The notes below the pieces were generated by a model, which was given only the letters and a program-made list of their open reading frames with translations, had not been told where the DNA came from and searched no databases. The translations under genes and the position numbers were made by a program. Source: Cyanophora paradoxa CCMP329 (lineage: Eukaryota > Plantae > Glaucophyta). From it: DNA of 64,000 bases. The DNA is taken from assembly GCA_004431415.1 (NCBI GenBank), contig QPMI01000553.1, positions 291,441-355,440 on the forward strand. Direction: 5' to 3'. Shown here piece after piece: positions 47,274-57,080 of the stretch; position 1 is the stretch's first letter, and every line of letters starts with the position of its first letter.

Positions 47274-47615
47274 ATGGAGGCCCTGCTAGATCTCATGGCC
47301 TTTGCGCTGCCCATCTTCTTCCTAGTGGGCCTCAGCCGCATGGAGCGCGAGGCGCGCCAGCCCGAGCGCGTCGAGCGCGGCCTCACCGCCGAAGAGCAGC
47401 GCGGCCTCACCGAGTGGGACCTGGCGCTCATGGCCGGCCGCATGCTCAACGGCGACGCGCTCGAGCCGGGCCATCGCCTCAAGCTGGAGGACGGCGGCAC
47501 GGCCCTCTGGGACGGCGCGGCCTGGAAGCACGATTCGACGGGCGAGCCGATGAAGCTGCTCGCCTCCGGCAACAAGTACTGGCGCGGCGACTCGATGGAG
47601 TACCGGCGCCCGTGA
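47274..47615 (+). CDS. Small membrane-anchored protein
   Basis: N-terminal hydrophobic helix and the upstream motif. Confidence 0.55.
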   Translation: MEALLDLMAFALPIFFLVGLSRMEREARQPERVERGLTAEEQRGLTEWDLALMAGRMLNGDALEPGHRLKLEDGGTALWDGAAWKHDSTGEPMKLLASGNKYWRGDSMEYRRP

Positions 47616-47641
47616 TTTTCTAGCCCTTCTACCAGCAAAGA

Positions 47642-47926
47642 ATGGCTGACCCCTCGCCCGACCCGGCCGCAGGAGTTGAGAGCGCTGGCAGCTCGGACGA
47701 GTACTCGGAGCTCTCGGATCCGGATCCCGACGAGCCGTCCGACGCCTTCGCGACCGAGAACGAGCGCTCCCTCATGCGCATCTACGAGGCGCTGCGCGAA
47801 GCTATCTACTGGGAGGACCCGCGCCTAGGGACCCTCATGAACTTCGCCAAGTTTGCCGAGTTCATGTTCGCTATGACCGTGCCCTTTACCCGAGTCGTGC
47901 TCTGGGATAGGAACAGGAACTGGTAA
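47642..47926 (+). CDS. Hypothetical protein
   Basis: ORF with the upstream motif. Confidence 0.5.
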   Translation: MADPSPDPAAGVESAGSSDEYSELSDPDPDEPSDAFATENERSLMRIYEALREAIYWEDPRLGTLMNFAKFAEFMFAMTVPFTRVVLWDRNRNW

Positions 47927-47953
47927 CGGCATTGAATACAAGAGTACAGAGCC

Positions 47954-48358
47954 CTACGAGCTAGAGCTGCTATCGCCCGAGTCCAGGCGCGCCTTCTTGG
48001 CCTTGGAGCGGCGGAGGCGGGAGACGTACTGCAGGCGCAGGTTGCGCACGAGCAGCTCGCCGGCCGTGGTGCCCGGCAGCCCGGGAACCGCGTCCGTGGG
48101 CAGCAGCTGGCCCTCGCGTATCGCCCTGTACGTCTTGCGCTTGTTGAATGCAACCTTCTCCGTATCCTCCGTGCCGTCGTACTCGGACGTGGGAAGGAAC
48201 TGCGAGGCGGTCTTGGGGACTTCTAGAACCAGCGCGCGCTTGGCCTTCTTGATGGAGACTGCGTTCGCGCGCTCCAGCTTGACGCCGGGCTCCAGGGGGG
48301 TACCGTCCGCTGCGTTCTCAGCGAAGGAGACACGGGGGGAAGAGCCGCCGCGGGGCAT
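47954..48358 (-). CDS. Hypothetical protein
   Basis: ORF with the upstream motif. Confidence 0.55.
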   Translation of the reverse strand: MPRGGSSPRVSFAENAADGTPLEPGVKLERANAVSIKKAKRALVLEVPKTASQFLPTSEYDGTEDTEKVAFNKRKTYRAIREGQLLPTDAVPGLPGTTAGELLVRNLRLQYVSRLRRSKAKKARLDSGDSSSSS

Positions 48359-48370
48359 GGTTCGCTCGCT

Positions 48371-48805
48371 TTACCTAGCCTTTAGAAAATAGTCGAGCTG
48401 CGCGCTCTGCAGCCGCGCGCCCTGGTAGGCGCCGCGCAGCTGCCACGCGAGCCAGATTGCAAGGAGCACCGCGGCGACCCCGGCGGCGATCTTGGCGTAG
48501 TGCCAGAGCTTCTTCGCCTCGTCCGGCAGGTCGGCGATCGCCTTCGCGGCCTTCTCCGCCTTGTCTCCTATGCGCCCCGGCGCCGCCAGCGCGCCCAGGA
48601 GGAAGCTGGCCGCCTTGTCTGCAACGGGTACGTTCTCGTTCCCCTTGCGCTCGATGGCAATCGTTTGGGCCTGCGTCTGAGCTGCAACCTCAATCGCGTT
48701 TCCGGCACGCAGCACGCGGTTTGCCAGGCTGTCCTTGCCGGTCATGCCCTTGGTGCTGTTCGCGTCGTGCGCGTACGCGGCCATGAGCGCTGCCAGCCAG
48801 CCCAT
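48371..48805 (-). CDS. Membrane protein
   Basis: C-terminal TM segment IAAGVAAVLLAIWLAW. Confidence 0.6.
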   Translation of the reverse strand: MGWLAALMAAYAHDANSTKGMTGKDSLANRVLRAGNAIEVAAQTQAQTIAIERKGNENVPVADKAASFLLGALAAPGRIGDKAEKAAKAIADLPDEAKKLWHYAKIAAGVAAVLLAIWLAWQLRGAYQGARLQSAQLDYFLKAR

Positions 48806-48831
48806 CTTTAGCTAGCGCTTCGAAAATCTAT

Positions 48832-49302
48832 CTAAATCACGAGGCCGCGCAGGTACCAGACCATCAGGAGCGAGCCGCCCACCGCCACGAGCAGCGGCAG
48901 GTGCCCGTCGACCGCGCGCCGCGCCTCCCAGGCCCAGATCTCCTGGCGGCTCAGCCCGTTGGCATTGTCGAAATAGGCGCTCACGTCGTACGCGCGGCCG
49001 CCGGGCGGCTGCAGGCCCTCGCCCAGGCGCGGGTAGGCCTCCGCCTGCCTCTGCGAGACCAGCGCCGCCGTCGCCCCGTGCGCCGCCTCGCGCTGGCCCG
49101 GGGCGATCGCCACGAGGGACAGCGCCCCGATGCCCCTTCCCTTGCCCGCCGCCCTAATCGACTTCAGCGCGGGCGGCGCCGGGTCCGCCGCCTTGATCCT
49201 AGGCCCCTCCGCCCCGCCCCCCTTGGCAGCCTCGCCGATCTTGCTGCAGCGCGAGTCCGATTTGAACACCGTACACAACAGCTTCTCTACGGCGTTCGGC
49301 AT
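48832..49302 (-). CDS. Membrane protein
   Basis: C-terminal TM segment. Confidence 0.55.
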   Translation of the reverse strand: MPNAVEKLLCTVFKSDSRCSKIGEAAKGGGAEGPRIKAADPAPPALKSIRAAGKGRGIGALSLVAIAPGQREAAHGATAALVSQRQAEAYPRLGEGLQPPGGRAYDVSAYFDNANGLSRQEIWAWEARRAVDGHLPLLVAVGGSLLMVWYLRGLVI

Positions 49303-49662
49303 GTTCAGACGTGTACAGACAATGAAGAAAATTTAAATGCCAATGGGAATGCCAACGGACTCTGAACTTTGAAAGGGGAAAGGGGGGGAATTGAACTTGG
49401 GAAAACGTGGAAAAGGGAGAGTTAACGCCCCGCGGGGCGCATGCCGGCCGTCGCCATCGAGTAGGAGCCGGGGGCGTAGAGGGTCTTGGCGGCGTAGCGG
49501 AAGCCCACGCCGATGACGGCCGAGGCGGTGGGCGTGCCGCCGAGGAGCCAAGTGAGGGTCGCGGCGAGGGCTCCTAGCGAGTAATGCGGGGGATAGCTGT
49601 CAGCGAGGGCCATCGCGAGACCGAATTGGAAGGGGTTGAGAAAAAATACCGCCTCGGAGAGC

Positions 49663-49812
49663 TCAGTGGTGGAGGTGGCGGAAGGTCTCGGCGTGGGCCT
49701 CCGTCGCCGCCACCACCTCCTCCGCCGCGTCGATCTCCGCCCGCGAGGCCTCCAGCGTCGCCCGCCGCGCGTAGGACTGCGGGACGGCCACGCGCCGGTA
49801 GGGCTGGGCGAG
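49663..49812 (-). pseudogene. 3' part of a GC-rich gene interrupted by the PLV
   Basis: Removing 49813-63068 restores the frame ...GLAKTLA|QPYRRVAVPQ...FRHLHH*. Confidence 0.85.
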
Positions 49813-51168
49813 ACACATATTGAAAAACGAATTTAAATCCCTCGTTCATCTCGATCGCTTCGCGATCTCGATTCACTCTGGATTTAAATTCGTTTTTCAA
49901 TATGTGTTAATTTAATACTAAAATACATATTTTTCGATTAATTTCTTAAACTTTTTATGCAAACTTTGTATAAAATAATGCAAATTTTGTATTAAAAATG
50001 AAAATGCGTTTACCAAAATGCATATTTTCGATTAAACTTCGATAGATTCAATTGATCTTATATCGATTGATTATGTACTTTGTTGTTTACATACAAATCT
50101 GCGATAGATTAACATTAAACTGCTTAAAGATCGATATAATTGCGATTAAATTGCATAAATTCGCATAAACTCGATATATCTCTCATGTATTGAAGTAGAC
50201 CACCGCCCATTCTGTATCGAAAAACGCAAAAAGTGTCACAGAGTTGCATTGTGTCCAATTGAACAATCGATGAGATTGCTGATGTACATTTTTGCACCGA
50301 AAAAGTGTCACAGAGTTGCATTATCTCCCATTAAACAATCGATTAGATTGCGGGATTTTCTATTGGAATATATCGGAACTGCATTATGTCCAATTAAACA
50401 ATCGATGAGATTGCGGATTTATATTTTAGATCGAAAAAGTGTCACAGAGTTGCATGGTCTCCAATTGAACAATCGATTAGATTGCATATGTTCTATAAAA
50501 CAGAATAATTGAATTCAAGTGTGACAGGTAGTATTCAAATGATATTCAGTAATAGATATATTTGTTTTTGAGAAAGTCAGTAAGAGGGGTAGAATGTCTG
50601 TGACGCCTGTGACGGCTGTGACGCCTGTTTTCAGAAGTCTGTCATTTTTGAAAATTTTAAAAAGTTTGAAAGTAGGTGTCACAGGCGTCACAGGCGTCAC
50701 ACTCAATTAAATTAGGTGTCACAGCGAAATTGCAGACCATTTCCAGTAAGACAACTTCGCATTTTCAAAAAGGTTGATTAATGGATAGTGTTTTGGAGGT
50801 GTCAGAGGTGTCACAAGACGGATTGCAGTAAGACAAGAATATATTCTCGAAAATCTCAGTAAGAGAAAGAGATTCCATTTTTAATTGGGTGTGACGCCTG
50901 TGACGGCTGTGACGGCTGTTTTCAGAAGTCTGTCATTTTTGAAAATTTTAAAAAGTTTGAAAGTAGGCGTCACAGGCGTCACAGGCGTCACAGTCAATTA
51001 AATAGGTGTCACACCCGATTATCTGACCATTTTCAGTAAGACCATCTGAAATTCTGAATTTCTCAGTGTCAACTAACTCGGAAATCGCAATACTCTATGT
51101 TTCTCCGATTTCTCCAACCCTGAAAACACACCTGTTATTCTCTCATCTATCTCATGAGATACTCTCGT
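49813..51168 (+). repeat. Left terminal inverted repeat (1356 bp)
   Basis: Reverse complement of 61708-63062; the only difference noticed is one homopolymer indel (~50565). Confidence 0.95.
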
Positions 51169-51215
51169 TTCGCCAAAAATTGACAAACGATTTCCCATCA
51201 TGCTGTAAAGGAAAC

Positions 51216-51470
51216 ATGCCGATTAACCAGCCGTATTACAATTACTATGGGCATTACTTCTTGATTGTCAAGAAACTCACAGAGCATTATGAGATCTTCC
51301 AAGAGATGGGATTGCGAATTACAAGGAGATCAACCCTTTGTAGATTCTTGAAAAAGAATGGTGCTAAATGGGATAAGACAATTCGCCAATGGTATACAGA
51401 AGATCCCAAGAGTCCCCTTCTTGATATTTTCGAAACATTGAATCTGGATCAGTTTAATCATTTCCAATAG
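51216..51470 (+). CDS. Small protein with a DUF5710-like motif
   Basis: LKKNGAKWDKTIRQWY. Confidence 0.5.
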   Translation: MPINQPYYNYYGHYFLIVKKLTEHYEIFQEMGLRITRRSTLCRFLKKNGAKWDKTIRQWYTEDPKSPLLDIFETLNLDQFNHFQ

Positions 51471-52386
51471 CCAAGAACTCTAACTGGAATGAGTTGTCAA
51501 TTCCATTCATATCAACAAGATCACCATAATAATCTCGAAACTCAACTGTTAACTCTCTAATCACAAGGTTTCGATCGGTTATTTTTATGTATTCACTGTG
51601 CTCTCCACTGTGATAAACATACTGTCCAATATCTTTACTTAATTGCAATCTGAGAATCGCCCCTTGATTCTGTGGTTGAGATTGTGGGACAATATTGTGG
51701 TTTGTAGCAAATGGGGAGAGTTCTTTAATGTGCATGTATAAATACTGTTCTGCATTCATGTCTGTCATCTTGGATGCTTCTAACTTGTAGTTTAAGCGAG
51801 ATGCCTCGAATTCATATCCTGTGAATGTAATTCCCCATTGTGGATGGTTTGGGGTGATTGGTACTCCTGCAAAATAGAGGAAATTCTCGGGGGCATATAA
51901 AGACCTTGCAGACTCTGGGAAATCGTAGGTTTGCTCAATTGAAGCGACCCACTCCACAGAACTAACCCCAAGAAGTTTACCCAATCTCTGTGTAGATGCT
52001 ACCAATTCGAATTGAACATTACTGTAAAACTCTAACTTGTAGGAGGTCGGATTATAGTAGACTTTGAATGCATATGTGAGATTGTTGCTCCCAGTAAAGG
52101 TGAAATTCAGACCATAATTATATGGACTGGTGACCCCGAAATGCCCTTGATTAATATAACCACTTGGGAGAAGGAAGACCTGTTTGGTTTCAGAGATGCC
52201 TTGGTAGAAGAATCTGACAAGAAGGTGGTCTGTTCCAATGGAATTATAGATGCTGTTGGGGATCTCTGCATACAAAACTCGACATTCTCTTGGTTTGGTC
52301 ACTGGGGTTGTGAGTGAAACTTTGTAGGAGTTTTCTATTTGTCCATCTGATCGGTCTCTGCTATCTATATTGACCAGCCGAATCAT
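51454..52386 (-). CDS. Minor capsid (penton) protein
   Basis: N-terminal IDSRDR, AEIPNS.YN, YLYMHIKEL and LTVEFRDYYG.LVDMNG.D.SF.LE are typical of PLV/NCLDV minor capsid proteins. Confidence 0.85.
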   Translation of the reverse strand: MIRLVNIDSRDRSDGQIENSYKVSLTTPVTKPRECRVLYAEIPNSIYNSIGTDHLLVRFFYQGISETKQVFLLPSGYINQGHFGVTSPYNYGLNFTFTGSNNLTYAFKVYYNPTSYKLEFYSNVQFELVASTQRLGKLLGVSSVEWVASIEQTYDFPESARSLYAPENFLYFAGVPITPNHPQWGITFTGYEFEASRLNYKLEASKMTDMNAEQYLYMHIKELSPFATNHNIVPQSQPQNQGAILRLQLSKDIGQYVYHSGEHSEYIKITDRNLVIRELTVEFRDYYGDLVDMNGIDNSFQLEFLAIGND

Positions 52387-52414
52387 TTTAATATATGTTT
52401 ATAGATAAAAGAAG

Positions 52415-53424
52415 ATGCCTGTGGATTACATCGAAGTGAGCTCTTTCAATACAATTTCGGGAGATGGACCTACTTCGAGTTTTATTGCTCGCCTCCCAGC
52501 ACCTATGAATTTGTGAGAGCAGTAAGACTGGTTTCAGCAGAATTCTATAACAGCATTCCCATGGTGAGTGGTGAAACCAAACCAGGAGATGTGACAATAG
52601 ATAATGCAATCTACCTTTATTGGTCTGAATATTATTCTGGTGCAGGAAGCACTGGTATTCCAACTGATCGACCTGCTGCCGATTATGAGCAATGGAAACA
52701 CATTGTGATAAGTCGCAGCACACCCATTCAAAACCACCAACAACTGGTGAATGTAATTAACTCCAAACTTGCATTGAGAGAGCCACCAGTAGCAATTCGC
52801 TGTAAATGGGATGATACACTGAAACGAGTTATATTCCATTCAACCATACCGTTTTACCTGGCTTTCTCAACCGCAATTAACCCAAACCAGGCGCAGATTC
52901 AGAGGTTTTTGAGTTCTGCTCGACTGCTTGGTCTTGATCCTGGGAGATATGGTAACACCCCAATCCAATCACAAGTTTATAATACTCTGACTGATGGTAT
53001 CTTTACTGGGTCGATGGTGCATGGTATCATATCTTCATTTGAACCTGAAAAGACCAGGGATAGTGTTCTGTTTGTGAGAGTAAAGGAGTTGGGTGATCTG
53101 GTTCAATGTGGTGATGGTCTCCTCACTGGATATTTCCACAAAATCGTTGTTCCAGATAAAGATTATGGTGAGCATGTCGTTTATAATTCGACAGAAGCCC
53201 ATCCGATTTATAAATACTATAACAAGAATCTGGGACTTTCCACATTTTCGGTTGATATTGTGAATGCAGTTAATGAACCAATTGATTTCGAGGGTCAACC
53301 TGTCCACCTCACCTTCGAAATTCGATATGGTGATGAACCTGCTGGTGATCCTGTGTATGAATATTTCAAGAGGAGGATGGCGGAAACCCATCCATCTTAT
53401 CCTGTAATTGCGAGTTTTGCGTAA
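52415..53424 (+). CDS. Second penton-like protein; frameshift ~52508
   Basis: VRLVSAEF.NS, LFVRVKEL and FSVDIVN....IDFEG..VHLTFEI parallel the first penton; the ATG at 52415 is in the adjacent frame. Confidence 0.7.
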
Positions 53425-53478
53425 AATCAAGGATCATTGGTGAATTTTTTATGTTGCAGTATAATAAAAGAGATAATC

Positions 53479-54849
53479 ATGGATATTACTTCGACCCTCC
53501 AACGTCTTTCTCTGAAAGAAGCTCTAACAACCCCGGAAGAAGCCAAGGCGTTCTTCCTGGACAACTCTCTCATGCTTGGTCTTGAATCCAAGTCGAAGCC
53601 AGTTCTTGTTGTTGTGAACCCAAGCAACACTTTCGAGAATAATGCTGGAAATCGCATTTCTTTCAAGCTCCCTCGCTACAATTTCTGTGGAAAACTCGAA
53701 CTTGCGTTTGACCTTCCAGCTGTCACTTTTGCTGGTGATACCGACCTTGTTCGCAATGGATACGTTCGCCCAGTTGGTGCTCTTGTCTCTCGACTTGAAA
53801 TCACCTATGGATCTTACACTTTCCATGTGCCTTCTGATTTCCTTGCTCATTTCCCTCTTATCTATTACAGTGAGGATCAACTCGCCAAGAAGAAGCGTTC
53901 AATGGGTATGGTTCATGGTATCCCTGCCCATGGAACCAACCGACTTGGTGGGTCATTTTTCACTGAAATCCCAGTCCCATGGCTAAACCATTACCTACCT
54001 CTTGGTGCTCTCTCAGGAGAAATGGTGGTAACTGTCTGGTTCAAGGATGCTGGAAAGGGTTATGTTGAGACTTCTTATGGTGGTCGTGCTCTTCCAGTTG
54101 TTGGTGGAACAGCTGCTGATAAGACAGAGGATGATGGACTTGGTGCTACTGCTAATGCTACTCTTGCCCATGTTGGTCAACAGATCACCACTTTCACCAT
54201 CTCTGGAACAACCCCCGAAATTAAAGTCACTTCTCCTCGTCTTTACATGCATGCTATTAATGTTTCTGATGAACTGTTTGCTACTGTCATTGAGAAGGTG
54301 AAGACCACTGGTATGGCTATTCCTGCTCTGGATATTGGTTTTGTTGACAGTGTCAATTTTGCTGCAAAAGGCAATGCTCAACCAAATCGTATTAACCTGT
54401 CACAGATCTCTGGTCTTGTCTATGGTCTTCTTGTTTCAGTTCGTGATGCCGCAGGTATTGATGGTTTCAATGGTTCCCACAGTGTCCTAAAAACGCATGC
54501 TAACTCAAAAGACATTACTTTCACTGTTGAAATTAATGGTCAACGTCTCTATGCTACTGAGCCCATCCCTCTCCTCAAAGGTGCCGAATTAATTGCGGAT
54601 GCCTTCAAGTGCTCGAATATGGACAAGGTTGCAGACAAATATGTCCTCAGTGGTCTACCATTCTGTGTTGATGGAGAGAAAGCGATTCGCAACATTGCCC
54701 AGTCTGGCTATGTTGATCTCACGAACTCCTCCTCCTCTTTCCTCACTCTATACATGCCTTCTGACCAGACAATCACAGTTAATGTTCGTGCTCTCATGCA
54801 CAGTTTCATTATTGTTGACAAAGATGGGCTCCGACGAATTAATCTGTAA
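53479..54849 (+). CDS. Double jelly-roll major capsid protein of the PLV
   Basis: ~456 aa; ISFKLPR....LEL.FDLP and EIPVPW; lies between the pentons and the ATPase; biased codons. Confidence 0.8.
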   Translation: MDITSTLQRLSLKEALTTPEEAKAFFLDNSLMLGLESKSKPVLVVVNPSNTFENNAGNRISFKLPRYNFCGKLELAFDLPAVTFAGDTDLVRNGYVRPVGALVSRLEITYGSYTFHVPSDFLAHFPLIYYSEDQLAKKKRSMGMVHGIPAHGTNRLGGSFFTEIPVPWLNHYLPLGALSGEMVVTVWFKDAGKGYVETSYGGRALPVVGGTAADKTEDDGLGATANATLAHVGQQITTFTISGTTPEIKVTSPRLYMHAINVSDELFATVIEKVKTTGMAIPALDIGFVDSVNFAAKGNAQPNRINLSQISGLVYGLLVSVRDAAGIDGFNGSHSVLKTHANSKDITFTVEINGQRLYATEPIPLLKGAELIADAFKCSNMDKVADKYVLSGLPFCVDGEKAIRNIAQSGYVDLTNSSSSFLTLYMPSDQTITVNVRALMHSFIIVDKDGLRRINL

Positions 54850-54911
54850 AACCATGATCAGTAACGTTTCGTTATTTTTATCTATCTTTAATAAGAAAGA
54901 TCTACAAAGCC

Positions 54912-55445
54912 ATGTCTGACGTTCCCGAATTTAATGCTGCTGAGATGATTAAACCCCCTTTTCGCGTATTAGCAATCGGAAAAAGCGCGACGGGCAAGTC
55001 AGAAGCCGTAAAATATTGGCTAAAACAACTTCACGATGCGAAAAAGTTAGATGTTGTTCTTGTTATAAGTGGGACATCATTCAATCATTTTTGGGATGAT
55101 GTCGCAACATTACAGCTCGGTAAATGGGATGCGCCTTACATCGCTAAACTTCTCGATGAAAGACAAGAGAAAATTGAGAAAGGAGAACCCGTTAATCAAT
55201 TATGTGTTGTTCTCGATGATCTTATAGACAATGAGATTGTAGACCTTACCCGTGATAAAATTATTGGATCTCTGTATTCGCGCGGCCGCCACTCGGCGAT
55301 TACAATTTTCTGCATAACTCAGAAACTGCGTAAGGTTTCTTCAACCATTCGCGTCAATTCGGATTATGCAATGTTCCTCAGTGCCGCCAATCGCAAAGAA
55401 CTGGAAGCCATTGAAGAAGAATACAATATCATGCGGGATAAAGGT
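54912..55445 (+). CDS. A32-like packaging ATPase, C-terminally truncated by the GC-rich insert
   Basis: GKSATGKS, VVLDDL and SRGRHSAI...TQ...IRVNSDY. Confidence 0.9.
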
Positions 55446-57074
55446 TGCGGAGCTCGAGCGCCCGCGCGACGGCCTCGCGCTGCTCCTGGTTGAGCGGGGC
55501 GAGGAGGGGGAGCATCTCCCGGACCAGGCGCTCCCCCCGCGTCGGCTCGACGGGCTCGGTCCGCGTGGCCGTGCCGTCCCCGACGGCGCGGCGGATCTCG
55601 GTCCGGGCCGCCTCGGACGCGGCGGCGTTGTAGAGGGCGTAGAGCGCCCCGCGCATGAGGCCCGCGCCCTCCAGCGCCCCCGGACGAGGAGCGCGAGGGC
55701 CATCCAGGCCGCCAAGGCGGTCGCGAGGAGGGGGCCCGGAGGGTCAGCGAGACCCGCGACGAGGCAGTGCAAGAGGGCGGCCGCGAGCACGGGAAGGTGC
55801 ATCGCTCGGGCTCGGACGCGACCGCGCGGGGCGCCGCTTCTTTTGAATGGTCGCGCGGGGGCGGGCGCCCGCCGCCTTTGGGAAGAGGTGGATGATGATC
55901 ATGGATCGACGCGCCCGGAGCGATGCGTAAATAGGTGCGCAAAGACGACGACGGGACGCGAGGTCGCATGACGCGCACCAAGGCCCCCCGCGACGGGGGC
56001 GCCTCGACGGCCGGCAAGACGGTCGCCAGGTGGAAGAAGAAAACGCGCAGCAGCAAGCGCCTGACAAAGGAGCAGCGGAAGAGCATGCCGGCGAGCGGCG
56101 GGATCAAAAAGCCGAAACGGTGGAGGCCCGAGGCGCCGCTTCTTCTCGCCCCGGCGGTGCGCGACCTCTTCCTCGGTCGGGCGCTCGACCGCGAGGAGCG
56201 CCGCGGCGGCCTCGGCGGTCGCCAACCCGAGGGACTTTGCCGGCAGGTCGGAGACGATGCGGTGCCGCGGGTTGGTCCTCTGGAGCTTGGTCTCCGCGCG
56301 CGTGATATACGACTCGAGGGCCGCGTACGCCCCCGGATCCCCGATTTTGAGAAACTTTGCCGCGTCTCTCAGTGCCCCTAAAATGGGCTGGACGAGGACG
56401 CGCGGCGCCGGCGTCTGTATCGTAGTTGATTTTGTAGAAAATGGATTTTGGACCCAACCTCCCGCCCGCCCGTGACGTGATCGAGGCCCGCGCGACGAGC
56501 CGCCTCCCGAACCATCGCCCGCACCGCCGCGCGTCGCCGGCACGCGGCCTGGAGGGCGACCGCCGCGACGCAGCGCACGAGGGTCGCCTCGTCGCAAGAG
56601 GAGATGCGGGGCAGGGTCGCATGGGTCCGAACCGCGACGATCGCTGGGCGGGGGTCGAGGCCGCGGTCGTCGCCGACCTCTTGCGCGCGACGGCGCCCGA
56701 GGAGCGGGGGCCCGCCCGGATCATCTTCTTCGGCGACGCGGGCTTCCCGCGGTACGCGTCCTCGTACCCCGACCGCATCGAGCCGTGGCTCCTCCAGGCG
56801 GCGGTGGACTTTGCGGCCGACCCGCGCCGCCGCCCCCTCTCCATCGTCTTCCACACCTTGAGCCTCCGGAAGGCGTCCTGGTTCGACGAGCTGCGCGTCG
56901 GGCTAGAGTTCAATGGCGTGCAGATCGTGCGACACAACTGCCTGTGATTTTTTTTCACTGTAAATAAAAGTCACTCTTCCGTCTTCTTTTTCTTTGCCTC
57001 TGTAAACAGCATGCGCCGAGCCTTGCCGCGATCGATGTCCGCAAAGGGGTTCACGGAGCCGAACACGACGTTGG
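55446..57074. other. GC-rich foreign insert inside the PLV
   Basis: Abrupt GC shift; AAAGGT at 55440-55445 and 57075-57080. Confidence 0.85.
55968..56381 (+). CDS. ORF beginning with a histone H3 N-terminal-tail-like sequence (no histone fold)
   Basis: MTRTK...STAGK...RKSMPASGGIKKPKRWRP versus H3 MARTK..STGGK..RKSAPATGGVKKPHRYRP. Confidence 0.65.
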   Translation: MTRTKAPRDGGASTAGKTVARWKKKTRSSKRLTKEQRKSMPASGGIKKPKRWRPEAPLLLAPAVRDLFLGRALDREERRGGLGGRQPEGLCRQVGDDAVPRVGPLELGLRARDIRLEGRVRPRIPDFEKLCRVSQCP

Positions 57075-57080
57075 AAAGGT

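Noticed and set aside
50124-50706. Short ORFs in the TIRs (and mirror copies at 62166-62751)
   Set aside because: They derive from repeats and have no protein-like features.
55968-56381. Complete histone H3 gene
   Set aside because: No histone-fold sequence follows WRP in any frame I could recognise.
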